DNA of 59,507 nucleotides from Bacilli bacterium (GTDB lineage Bacteria; Bacillota_I; Bacilli_A; RF39; UBA660): NCBI GenBank assembly GCA_017622175.1, contig JAGARQ010000009.1, positions 1 to 59,507 of the forward strand, read 5' to 3'. Shown piece by piece: positions 50,696 to 59,507 of this stretch (position 1 is its first letter; each line of letters starts with the position of its first letter). The notes under the pieces were generated by a model. It saw only the letters and a program-made list of their open reading frames with translations, ran no database searches and was not told where the DNA came from. The position numbers and the translations under genes were made by a program.

Positions 50696-51817
50696 ATGGA
50701 AAAATTAAAAGTAATGGTTGTAGTAGGAACAAGACCAGAAATTATCAGATTATCAGAAGTTATTAAAGCAATAGATAAATACTTCAATCTAGTATTAGTT
50801 CATACAGGACAAAATTATGATTACACACTTAATGAAATATTCTTTAAAGAATTTGGTTTAAGAAAACCAGATTATTATTTAGATGCTCCTGGAAAACATT
50901 TAGGTGAAACAGTAGGAAACATTATTTCAAAAACATATGAAGTAATTTCAGAAGAAAAACCAGATGCATTATTAGTATTAGGAGATACAAATAGTTGCTT
51001 AGCAGCATACTCTGCAAAAAGATTAAAAGTGCCTATATTCCATATGGAAGCAGGTAATAGATGCTTCGACTTTAATGTTCCAGAAGAAATCAATAGAAGA
51101 GTAGTAGACCACGTAAGTGATGTTAACTTAGCATACACAGAAAATGCCAGACGTTATTTAATTAATGAAGGAATTAAAAATGACTTCTTATACGTAACTG
51201 GTTCACCAATGAAAGAAGTATTATTTAAAAATATGGATGGAATTAAAGCATCAACTGCTCTAAAAGATTTAGAAATCGAAAAAGGCAAATACTTTGTAGT
51301 AAGCGCTCACAGAGAAGAAAATGTAGATATTCCTAAAAACTTTGAAAGTTTAATGAATAGTTTAAATAAAGTAGCAGAAACATATAATATGCCAATTATT
51401 TTCTCAACACATCCAAGAACTGCAAAAAGAATTAAAGAAAGTAATATTAAACTAAATCCACTAATTAGAAATTTAGAACCACTTGGATTCTTTGACTATG
51501 TAAACTTACAAATGAATGCATACTGTGTTTTATCAGATAGTGGAACAATTCCAGAAGAGAGTGATATCTTAAACTTCCCAGGAATTTCCATGAGAACAAG
51601 TACAGAAAGACCAGAAGCATTAGATGCTGGAAGTATTGTACTAGGTGGAATTAATGAAAGAGATATTTTAAATGCAATTGAATTAGCAGTAAATGCTAAA
51701 GAAGAAAGATCTGAAAATTTAGTAAGAGATTATAAAGATACAAACGTATCACTTAAAGTAGTTAAGATAATCCAAAGCTACTATAATATCGTAAATATGA
51801 GAACTTGGAAAAAGTAA
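50696..51817 (+). CDS. fnlC: Non-hydrolysing UDP-sugar 2-epimerase (FnlC/CapG/WbjD)
   Basis: GTRPEIIRL, HTGQNYD, LGDTNS, HMEAGNRCFD, PEEINR, SDSGT, TERPE. Confidence 0.92.
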   Translation: MEKLKVMVVVGTRPEIIRLSEVIKAIDKYFNLVLVHTGQNYDYTLNEIFFKEFGLRKPDYYLDAPGKHLGETVGNIISKTYEVISEEKPDALLVLGDTNSCLAAYSAKRLKVPIFHMEAGNRCFDFNVPEEINRRVVDHVSDVNLAYTENARRYLINEGIKNDFLYVTGSPMKEVLFKNMDGIKASTALKDLEIEKGKYFVVSAHREENVDIPKNFESLMNSLNKVAETYNMPIIFSTHPRTAKRIKESNIKLNPLIRNLEPLGFFDYVNLQMNAYCVLSDSGTIPEESDILNFPGISMRTSTERPEALDAGSIVLGGINERDILNAIELAVNAKEERSENLVRDYKDTNVSLKVVKIIQSYYNIVNMRTWKK

Positions 51818-51850
51818 AATATAAAAAAAGGCAATAATAATTAATAAGAC

Positions 51851-53665
51851 ATGAAAGGAAGTAAGAACATGAAAAAACCAAAAGTAACCATTGTAATACC
51901 TGTCTATAAAGGTAAAAAATATATGAGAAAAGCAATTGATAGTGCAATTGCACAAACATATGAAAACTTAGAAATATTAGTAATTAATGATGGAAGTCCA
52001 GATGATGGAGCAACAGATACAATTGCAAAATCATATGGAGATAAAATTCGTTACATATATAAAGAAAATGGTGGAGTTTCTACAGTTTTAAATTTAGCTT
52101 TAAAAGAAATGAAGGGTGAATATTTTTCATGGCTAAGTCATGATGATGTTTATTATCCAGAAAAAGTAGAAGAAGAAGTAAATTACCTAATAGAAAATGA
52201 TTTAGTAGGTAAAAAAGTAATACTATATTCAGACTATGATTTAATAGACAAACATGGTTCTTTAATTGCTAGATCAAAGAAACCTCATCAAGAAACAGTA
52301 GACAAACCAGAGTATGCAATGTTAAGAGGACATGTAAACGGAATCACATTATTAATTCCAAAAATTGCCTTTGATGAATGTGGTAATTTTGATGAAAAAT
52401 TAATTTGTGCTCAAGATTATGAATTATGGTATAGAATGATGAAAAAAGGATACAAGTTCATTCACATTCCAAAAATTCTAGCAAAATCAAGAGTACATAA
52501 TAAACAAGTAACAAATACTAATCCAAGAGTTGAAACAGAAGGAAATAAATTCTGGATTGACATGATTGATGATATTCCACAAAAAACAAAAATAAAATTA
52601 GAAGGTAGTGAATATAACTATTACAAAGAAATGGAAATATTCTTAAAAACTACCCCATATAAAATAGCTGAAAAACATTGCTTAGATAAAACTAAAGCAA
52701 TGGAAGAAAAAGCAGAAAAAGATTTACCAAATACAAAAGTATCAGTAATTATCCCATTTTATAATAGAGTTGATTTAGTTTTAAGAGCAATTAATTCAGT
52801 ATTAGCTCAAACTCATAAAAACTATGAATTAATATTAGTAAATGATGGTTCAAAAGATGATATTAGTAAAATAGAAAATATGGTAAAGAAACATGAACAA
52901 ATGAAACTAATTCATGTAAAACCAAATAAAGGAGCATCTAATGCCAGAAACGTTGGTATTGATAATGCAACAGGTGACTATATTGCCTTCTTAGATTCAG
53001 ATGATGCCTTTCTACCAAATAAACTTGAAGTTCAATTAAAACAAATGCTTGCAACAGGTGACAAGGTTAGTCATACATCATACTATAGAGAAGGATTTGA
53101 CAAAAAAGTTTTATTTGATAGTGGAAAACAAAATGGAGATGTGTTATCAACACTTATTTGGTCATGTCGTGTAGCAACACCTACAGTAATGATAGAAAGA
53201 AAATATCTAAATGATAATAATTATAGATTTGATACAGATTTAGTTATTGGAGAAGATACTTGTTTCTGGTTAACAATTTTAATGAATCAAAAACTACTAG
53301 GTATTGATATCCCACTAACAACAGTATATTCTAATGATGACAGTGCTGCTTATAACATTGAAAAACAAATTATCGGTGTAAAAACAATTTTAAGATTTGT
53401 AATTAATCATCCAGAACTACAAAAATATGATTACGAAATCGCCAAATTAGTTAACTATTATCAAATAGTAGTTAATGACTTAGCCATGGAAAGAGGCGAT
53501 GATTTAATTGATATTTTCTGTATGTATGGTAATCAAAAAGAAGGATTAATAAGAAAAATCAAAAGATTAACAAAGAAAACACTTAAATCAATTAAGGAAG
53601 ATGGAATCATGTGTACTACTAAAAAAGTAGTAAGAAAAGTTATTAGTAAACTAAAAAAACAATAG
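51851..53665 (+). CDS. Tandem two-domain GT2 glycosyltransferase
   Basis: Domain 1 IVIPVY/NDGS/WLSHDD/QDY; domain 2 VIIPFY/NDGS/FLDSDD/GED. Confidence 0.92.
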   Translation: MKGSKNMKKPKVTIVIPVYKGKKYMRKAIDSAIAQTYENLEILVINDGSPDDGATDTIAKSYGDKIRYIYKENGGVSTVLNLALKEMKGEYFSWLSHDDVYYPEKVEEEVNYLIENDLVGKKVILYSDYDLIDKHGSLIARSKKPHQETVDKPEYAMLRGHVNGITLLIPKIAFDECGNFDEKLICAQDYELWYRMMKKGYKFIHIPKILAKSRVHNKQVTNTNPRVETEGNKFWIDMIDDIPQKTKIKLEGSEYNYYKEMEIFLKTTPYKIAEKHCLDKTKAMEEKAEKDLPNTKVSVIIPFYNRVDLVLRAINSVLAQTHKNYELILVNDGSKDDISKIENMVKKHEQMKLIHVKPNKGASNARNVGIDNATGDYIAFLDSDDAFLPNKLEVQLKQMLATGDKVSHTSYYREGFDKKVLFDSGKQNGDVLSTLIWSCRVATPTVMIERKYLNDNNYRFDTDLVIGEDTCFWLTILMNQKLLGIDIPLTTVYSNDDSAAYNIEKQIIGVKTILRFVINHPELQKYDYEIAKLVNYYQIVVNDLAMERGDDLIDIFCMYGNQKEGLIRKIKRLTKKTLKSIKEDGIMCTTKKVVRKVISKLKKQ

Positions 53666-53671
53666 AAATCA

Positions 53672-53702
53672 AATAAAAAGTACTATAAAAGTACTTTTTA
53701 TT
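53672..53702 (+). terminator. Intrinsic terminator
   Basis: AATAAAAAGTACT-ATAAA-GTACTTTTTATT-type inverted repeat. Confidence 0.6.
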
Positions 53703-53734
53703 GACTTATAGAAGTAGACAAACAATTAGTCAAA

Positions 53735-53764
53735 TTGACTATCATAAAGACAATATGATATAAT
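53735..53764 (+). promoter_or_regulatory. Sigma-A-type promoter for wzm/wzt
   Basis: TTGACT, 18 bp, TATAAT with TG extension. Confidence 0.6.
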
Positions 53765-53798
53765 CAACGAGAGAGAAATAATAAAGCGAGGTAAAAAA

Positions 53799-54611
53799 AT
53801 GACAGCGATTAAAAATATAATGGCTAATTTTAAAAAATATAAATTCTTAATGAGTCAATTAATATTGAGAGACTTCAAAATTAAATATAAAAGATCTGTA
53901 TTAGGAGTTGTTTGGAGTTTACTATATCCAATCTTAATGATGGCAGTAATGGCTTTAGTATTCTCAAATATGTTCCGATTCCAAGTTGAAGGAGTAAGTT
54001 ACTTAGTATACTTATTAACAGGAATTATTACATTTCAATATTTTAGTGAAGCATCTAACCTAGCAATGACATCAGTAGTTAATAACTTTACTTTAATAAA
54101 TAAAGTATATATACCAAAATACATTTTCCCATTAGCTAAATGTTTATTTGTAGGTATTAACTTCTTATTATCATTAATACCGTGGTTCTTAATAATTGTA
54201 TTAACACAATTTGGATTAGGAAATTATCCTGCCTCAATTAATATATATTATTTAATATTACCATTTATATTCGTATGTTTATTATTATTCACAGTAGGAA
54301 TGGGATTCTTCTTATCATGTGTATCAGTATTCTTAAGAGATGTATTTTACATTTATGGAATCGTTCTAACTATTTGGCAATATTTCACACCAATCTTTTA
54401 TAGTATAGAAATTATTCCAGCAAAATTACAATTTTTCTTCCAATTCAATCCAATATATCAATTCTTAGAAGCTTCAAGAACAATTGTCCTATACGGACAA
54501 TGTCCAACAGCCCTAAACTTAATTTTATGTGCAGTATATGCAATTATAGCAATGGCTGTAGGTTGTATTGTATTTAAGAAAAATCAAGATAAATTTATTT
54601 ATTATATTTAG
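53799..54611 (+). CDS. wzm: ABC-2 polysaccharide exporter permease (Wzm/TagG/RgpC-like)
   Basis: RDFKIKYKRSVLGVVWSLL.P, LINKVYIP, TPIFY, FNP. Confidence 0.92.
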   Translation: MTAIKNIMANFKKYKFLMSQLILRDFKIKYKRSVLGVVWSLLYPILMMAVMALVFSNMFRFQVEGVSYLVYLLTGIITFQYFSEASNLAMTSVVNNFTLINKVYIPKYIFPLAKCLFVGINFLLSLIPWFLIIVLTQFGLGNYPASINIYYLILPFIFVCLLLFTVGMGFFLSCVSVFLRDVFYIYGIVLTIWQYFTPIFYSIEIIPAKLQFFFQFNPIYQFLEASRTIVLYGQCPTALNLILCAVYAIIAMAVGCIVFKKNQDKFIYYI

Positions 54612-54625
54612 AAAGAGGGAAGACA

Positions 54626-55363
54626 ATGATAAAATTAGAAAATGTTTCAATGAGATTTAATCTTGGAATTGAAAGAAACTATTCCATAAAAGAAGCCTTC
54701 ATCTCTATATTTGATAAAAAAAGAAGACTAAAGAAAACAGACTTTTGGGCATTAAGTGATGTTTCATTTGAAGTAAAAAAAGGTGAAGTTATTGGTTTGA
54801 TAGGAAGTAATGGTGCTGGTAAAAGTACATTACTAAAAGTTGTAAGTGGAGTTATGAAACCAACAAAAGGTAAAGTAACAGTAAATGGCCAAATATCTCC
54901 AATGATTGAATTAGGAGCAGGATTTGACATTGAGCTTACAGCAAGAGAAAATATATATTTAAATGGCGCAATTTTAGGATATTCAAAAGAATTTATTGAT
55001 GAAAAATTCGAAGATATCGTTGAATTTTCAGAATTAAGAGATTTCTTAGATGCACCAGTAAAAAACTTTTCATCAGGTATGATTGCAAAACTAGCATTCT
55101 CAATCGCAACAGTTGTAGACCCAGAAATACTAATTGTTGATGAAATACTTTCAGTAGGAGACATAAAGTTCCAAGAAAAAAGTAAAAACAAAATGATGGA
55201 AATGATTAAAGGTGGAACAACTGTACTTTATGTATCACATTCACTAGAATCAATAGAAGAATTGTGTGATAGAGTAGTATGGTTAGAACATGGAAAAGTA
55301 GTAAAAGCAGGTAATACAAAAGAAATCTGCAAAGAATATTATAAGAAACAATTGAATAAATAA
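54626..55363 (+). CDS. wzt: Polysaccharide exporter ATPase (Wzt/TagH/RgpD-like), no C-terminal binding domain
   Basis: FWALSDVSF, GSNGAGKST, FSSGM, ILIVDEILSVGD, VSH; 245 aa. Confidence 0.93.
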   Translation: MIKLENVSMRFNLGIERNYSIKEAFISIFDKKRRLKKTDFWALSDVSFEVKKGEVIGLIGSNGAGKSTLLKVVSGVMKPTKGKVTVNGQISPMIELGAGFDIELTARENIYLNGAILGYSKEFIDEKFEDIVEFSELRDFLDAPVKNFSSGMIAKLAFSIATVVDPEILIVDEILSVGDIKFQEKSKNKMMEMIKGGTTVLYVSHSLESIEELCDRVVWLEHGKVVKAGNTKEICKEYYKKQLNK

Positions 55364-55364
55364 T

Positions 55365-55391
55365 AAAGAGAACTAAATAGTTCTCTTTTTC
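55365..55391 (+). terminator. Intrinsic terminator
   Basis: AAAGAGAACTA-AA-TAGTTCTCTTTTT. Confidence 0.7.
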
Positions 55392-55471
55392 AATTATGTG
55401 AAAATATGGTACATCTAGTAATTTATATAAAAATATGATATGATAAGCGTATATCGAGGAGATGATGTATC

Positions 55472-56404
55472 TTGAGAAAGTGCGTTATTATCATAAATCC
55501 CGAAAGCGGAAAAAAGAAAAAACTAAAAAACTATAATATATTTTATGATACATTAAGAAAACACGGTTATGATACAGAAATAATATTTACAAAAAGAAAA
55601 GGTCATGCAACAGAAATTATGCAAGAATTAGATAATAGAATTGATCTTGTAATTAGTGCTGGAGGAGACGGAACATTAAATGAAGTAGTAACTGGAAATA
55701 TGTTAAGAAAACACAAACTACTTGTAGCAAATCTTCCTCTAGGAACAACAAATGATGTAGGAAACATGTATGGTTATACAAAAGATATAAACACAAATCT
55801 TGAAATACTATTAAATGGTAAGCCTAAAAAAATAGATGTTTGTTATATTGATGATACAGCATTTGTATATGTAGCCTGTTTAGGTGATTACATAGACATG
55901 GCGTATAATACTCCAAGAGAATTAAAGAAAAAATATGGTAAGTTAGCATATATATTATATGGTTTAAAACAATTAAGACCCAAAATAAGATCATATAATG
56001 TAAGATATAAAATTAATGGTAAACAACATGAGGGGGAATATTCATTCTTCTTTATAACAAACTCTTCAAGAATTGCTGGAGTATCTGATGTTTACTATGA
56101 TGTAAAACTTGATGACAATAAATTTGAAGTTGCATTTGCCAATGTAAAAAACTACCGAGATATTGTTAAAATGTTTATTTTAATGAATCTTGTAGATATT
56201 AAAGATATACCAGGAATAACTTACTATAAGACAAATAACTTAGAATTAGAATTCCTTGATCCACCAAAAACATCATGGTGTATAGATGGTGAAGAATTCA
56301 CAAGTCCTGTACACAAATATAAGTTTCGTGTAGAAAAAGACATGAAAATGCTAATGCCAAAAAAGAATCTACAAGACTTATTTGAAGAAGAAAAGGCAGA
56401 GTAA
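55472..56404 (+). CDS. DagK/YegS-family lipid kinase
   Basis: INPESG, AGGDGTLNEV, LPLGTTND, LDDNKFEV, IDGE; TTG start after GAGGAG. Confidence 0.9.
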   Translation: MRKCVIIINPESGKKKKLKNYNIFYDTLRKHGYDTEIIFTKRKGHATEIMQELDNRIDLVISAGGDGTLNEVVTGNMLRKHKLLVANLPLGTTNDVGNMYGYTKDINTNLEILLNGKPKKIDVCYIDDTAFVYVACLGDYIDMAYNTPRELKKKYGKLAYILYGLKQLRPKIRSYNVRYKINGKQHEGEYSFFFITNSSRIAGVSDVYYDVKLDDNKFEVAFANVKNYRDIVKMFILMNLVDIKDIPGITYYKTNNLELEFLDPPKTSWCIDGEEFTSPVHKYKFRVEKDMKMLMPKKNLQDLFEEEKAE

Positions 56405-56405
56405 T

Positions 56406-57209
56406 ATGAAAAAAGAAAAGAAACCAAGTTTTACAAAAAAACTTCTAGCTGGAAAAGAAAAATCTACTATTACAGTGTATTTGATATTAAGACTTTTAGT
56501 AATCATCTGTATGGTTGCTCAAGCAATGCATAAAAACTGGGAAAATGTTTTTCTATGTGTACTAACACTAGTAATGTTCACAGTTCCAACCCTAATAGAA
56601 AATAAATTAAAAATAGATTTCCCATCTACATTAGAAATAATAGTATACTTATTTATTTTCTCCGCAGAAATATTAGGAGAAATTCAAAACTTCTATGGTA
56701 TATTCAAAACATGGGATACGATGCTACACACATTAAACGGTTTTTTATGTGCTGCAGTAGGATTTTCACTGATTGATATTATTAATAGAGAGGAAAGATT
56801 TAAAATCAAATTATCTCCATTATTCTTATCTTTAGTCGCTTTTTGCTTTTCAATGACAGTTGGTGTAATGTGGGAATTCTTTGAATTTTCAGCAGATAGA
56901 TATTTATCACTTGATATGCAAAAAGATAGAGTAGTAGAAAAAATATCTTCAACAAAATTAAATGATGAAAACAAAAATGAAGTAGTAACTATCAATGATA
57001 TAGAAAAAACAATTATTTATACTAAAGATAATAAACAAATAGTAATTGAAAATGGTTATTTAGAATTAGGCATTATTGATACTATGAAAGATTTATTTGT
57101 AAACTTCATAGGAGCAGTAGTATTTTCAATATTTGGATATTTATATGTAATAAATAGAGAAAAATACAAAGGATTAGAAAAAATAATTCCACAAGTAAAA
57201 AGAGATTAA
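56406..57209 (+). CDS. Conserved membrane protein
   Basis: WDTMLHTLNG, GVMWEFFEF, DTMKDL; 5-6 TMs. Confidence 0.75.
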   Translation: MKKEKKPSFTKKLLAGKEKSTITVYLILRLLVIICMVAQAMHKNWENVFLCVLTLVMFTVPTLIENKLKIDFPSTLEIIVYLFIFSAEILGEIQNFYGIFKTWDTMLHTLNGFLCAAVGFSLIDIINREERFKIKLSPLFLSLVAFCFSMTVGVMWEFFEFSADRYLSLDMQKDRVVEKISSTKLNDENKNEVVTINDIEKTIIYTKDNKQIVIENGYLELGIIDTMKDLFVNFIGAVVFSIFGYLYVINREKYKGLEKIIPQVKRD

Positions 57210-57271
57210 TTAAAATTTCTTTTTTTTATCAAATGTGATATCATATTAGATAGAATAAGAGGTAGTTGTAA

Positions 57272-57943
57272 ATGAAAAAAGTAAATAAAGAAAAAACAGA
57301 AAAACAATTAACTATAAAACTATGTTTATGTATTGTTTACTTAATTGTAATAACAATACTATTTGTCTGTTCTTATAAACTATTCCAAGCCAAGTATTAT
57401 GCAAGACCATGGGGAGAAGTTGAAAGTGTAGATGAATATTCATATATAAAAGTATCAAGAATGTCAGAAAAATTTGCTTATTATGAAAAAGAAAACATTG
57501 GAATACATTTTGTTATTGAAAAGGAAGAAACTGGTGTTTGGCATACTTATCTAATTGCTATAGACGAAAATGATTATCATAAATATAAAGAAATAATAGA
57601 CTATACATACGAACGTACAAAAGAAGAACCAAAACCATTAAAAGTATATGGTTATCCAGAAATCATTAAAACAGATTTAAAAAATCTTGCTATTAAAAAC
57701 ATTGTTAATTTTGTTCCATCAGAAAATGAAATTACAATTACTGAAGATAATTTTGAAACATATATTACAAATAGTTATTTAGATACAACAAAAGAAAAAA
57801 AAGATTACTTTAGTATTATTTTATTTATAACACTAATACTATTATTTGTAATGATTGCACTATTTATTTTTACAATATTTGATAAAGATAAATTACTAAA
57901 AAAAAGAAAAAGAAAAACAAAAAAACAAGATAATAAAGACTAA
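57272..57943 (+). CDS. Two-TM hypothetical membrane protein
   Basis: TM-ectodomain-TM with basic tail; GAGGT RBS. Confidence 0.7.
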   Translation: MKKVNKEKTEKQLTIKLCLCIVYLIVITILFVCSYKLFQAKYYARPWGEVESVDEYSYIKVSRMSEKFAYYEKENIGIHFVIEKEETGVWHTYLIAIDENDYHKYKEIIDYTYERTKEEPKPLKVYGYPEIIKTDLKNLAIKNIVNFVPSENEITITEDNFETYITNSYLDTTKEKKDYFSIILFITLILLFVMIALFIFTIFDKDKLLKKRKRKTKKQDNKD

Positions 57944-57985
57944 TAAATTCCATATATCCTCATATACTACTAAAAGGAGGCATAT

Positions 57986-59221
57986 ATGGAATTTTTTGAA
58001 TTAACAGAACAGGAATACCAAGAATATTGGGATAATCATCCCTTAAAAACATTTTTATCTTCTGTAGAAATTGCTAAATTAAGACAAAAAAGAAATTGGA
58101 ATGTTAACTATGTAGGACTAAAGGAAAATAATATTATTTATGGCGCAGCCATGCTTCTAAGTAAAAAGAAAAAACTAAATAGCTATGAATTCTATAGTCC
58201 AAGAGGTTTCCTAATAGACTACAATAATCAAGAACTATTAAATTTCTTTGCTAAAGAAATAATAAAATATATAAAAAATAAAAAAGGGTATATTCTAAGA
58301 ATAGACCCTTATATTATTAATAAAGAAAGAGATATAAATGGAAATATCGTTTTAAATGGAATCGATAACAATAAAATAAAAAATGCATTAGAAGATATTG
58401 GCTTTAGAAAAAATATATCGTCAAAGCCAGAACAAGTAACATGGATGTTTTCCTTGGATTTATCAAATAAAACAGAAGAAGAAATATTAAAAAATATGAA
58501 ACCAAATACAAGAAATATTATAAAAAAAACATTAAAGTCTGGAATAACAATAAAAGAATTATCTTATGATGAATTAAATAAATTTCATAATATCTTAAAA
58601 GAAACTGGTGAAAGAAAGAAGTTTAATGTAAGAGATATATCATATTATCAAGATATGTATAATCTATTTTCACCCAAAAATGAAGTTAAGTATCTAATTA
58701 CTGAACTTGATTTAAATCATTATGTCGAAAATCTTGAAAAAGAAAAGAAAGAAAAAAATGATAAGTTATCTTCAAATATAAAACCAACAAGAAGACAAGA
58801 ATTAGAAAAAGAAATAACAAATATTGAAAACAAAATAAAAGAAGCAAAAGATATCAAAGAAAAAACAAATAGTGATATAATAACATTATCAGGTTCAATG
58901 TTTATATTAACAAAACCAGAAATAGTTTACTTATCTAGTGGAAATTATGAAGAATATTTAAAATTTAATTCACAATATTTACTTCAATGGGAATTAATTA
59001 AATATGGATTAAAAAATGGTTATAAAAAACATAATTTTTACGGAATACCAGAAAATATAAATGAACGTCCTGACAATTATGGAATATATGAGTTTAAGAA
59101 GGGTTTTAATGGATATGTTGAAGAATTAATAGGAGAGTATGAAATACCAATTTGTACTAAATATTATTTGTTCAAAATAATAAAAAAACTCAAGGAGGTA
59201 AAATATGCATTACACTTATAA
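57986..59221 (+). CDS. FemABX/MurM-family peptidoglycan aminoacyltransferase
   Basis: YSPRG, LRIDP, coiled-coil insertion, YLSSG, HNFYGI, GIYEFKKGFNG.VEELIGEY. Confidence 0.92.
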   Translation: MEFFELTEQEYQEYWDNHPLKTFLSSVEIAKLRQKRNWNVNYVGLKENNIIYGAAMLLSKKKKLNSYEFYSPRGFLIDYNNQELLNFFAKEIIKYIKNKKGYILRIDPYIINKERDINGNIVLNGIDNNKIKNALEDIGFRKNISSKPEQVTWMFSLDLSNKTEEEILKNMKPNTRNIIKKTLKSGITIKELSYDELNKFHNILKETGERKKFNVRDISYYQDMYNLFSPKNEVKYLITELDLNHYVENLEKEKKEKNDKLSSNIKPTRRQELEKEITNIENKIKEAKDIKEKTNSDIITLSGSMFILTKPEIVYLSSGNYEEYLKFNSQYLLQWELIKYGLKNGYKKHNFYGIPENINERPDNYGIYEFKKGFNGYVEELIGEYEIPICTKYYLFKIIKKLKEVKYALHL

Positions 59222-59453
59222 GACAAAAGGAACTTGTTCTACGCAAATAGACTTTGATGTTAAAGATAATAAAATTTATAATGTAGAATATACAAGAGGA
59301 TGTAATGGTAACCTAAAAGCCATAGCATCGCTTGTAGAAGGACAAGAAGTAGATGAAGTAATAAAAAAACTAAGTGGTATTACTTGCGGATTTAAAAACA
59401 CTTCATGTGGAGATCAATTAGCTAAAGCATTAGAAGAAATAAAAGTAAAATAG
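59205..59453 (+). CDS. Small TSCPD-domain protein (TIGR03905-like)
   Basis: KGTCS, GCNGNL, LSGITCG..NTSCGDQLA. Confidence 0.9.
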   Translation: MHYTYKTKGTCSTQIDFDVKDNKIYNVEYTRGCNGNLKAIASLVEGQEVDEVIKKLSGITCGFKNTSCGDQLAKALEEIKVK

Positions 59454-59507
59454 ACTTTACAATGAATAAGTCTATGTTATAATGAATTCATCAACTGACT
59501 TACCGTG

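Overview
Very AT-rich, genetic-code-11 chromosomal window from a low-GC Firmicute, most like an uncultured RF39-type Bacilli genome (inferred from gene style). The main result is a 5,353-bp gene-interrupting element (979-6331). It splits a YtlA/NMT1-like ABC substrate-binding gene in mid-codon. Its ends are serine-recombinase att sites: 13-bp inverted arms TTAATGCAACAAA/TTTGTTGCATTAA and a directly repeated TC core. Precise excision restores a 328-aa ORF (…GDFVSLF|EPNASD…). The element encodes a shortened large serine recombinase with no zinc-ribbon domain, a SipW/TasA-like/DUF5305-like surface-fibre module and an orphan gene. The next gene in the operon, an ABC ATPase, is also cut off directly after its signature motif, which suggests a second intervening element running off the left edge. 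This resembles skin-like programmed rearrangement at a target I do not recognise as described. The rest of the window holds a thioester adhesin with an atypical sortase, pcrA…ligA…gatCAB with interspersed accessory genes, and a degenerate GGDEF sensor. It also holds envelope genes (LtaS-like, LCP, glucosaminidase, PASTA) and a wall-polysaccharide cluster (GT-C-like proteins, one with a nonsense codon; GT2s; fnlABC; wzm/wzt). It ends with a DagK-like kinase, a FemABX/MurM-family gene and a TSCPD gene. I saw no rRNA, tRNA or CRISPR array. All calls come from reading motifs by eye; no database searches were run.
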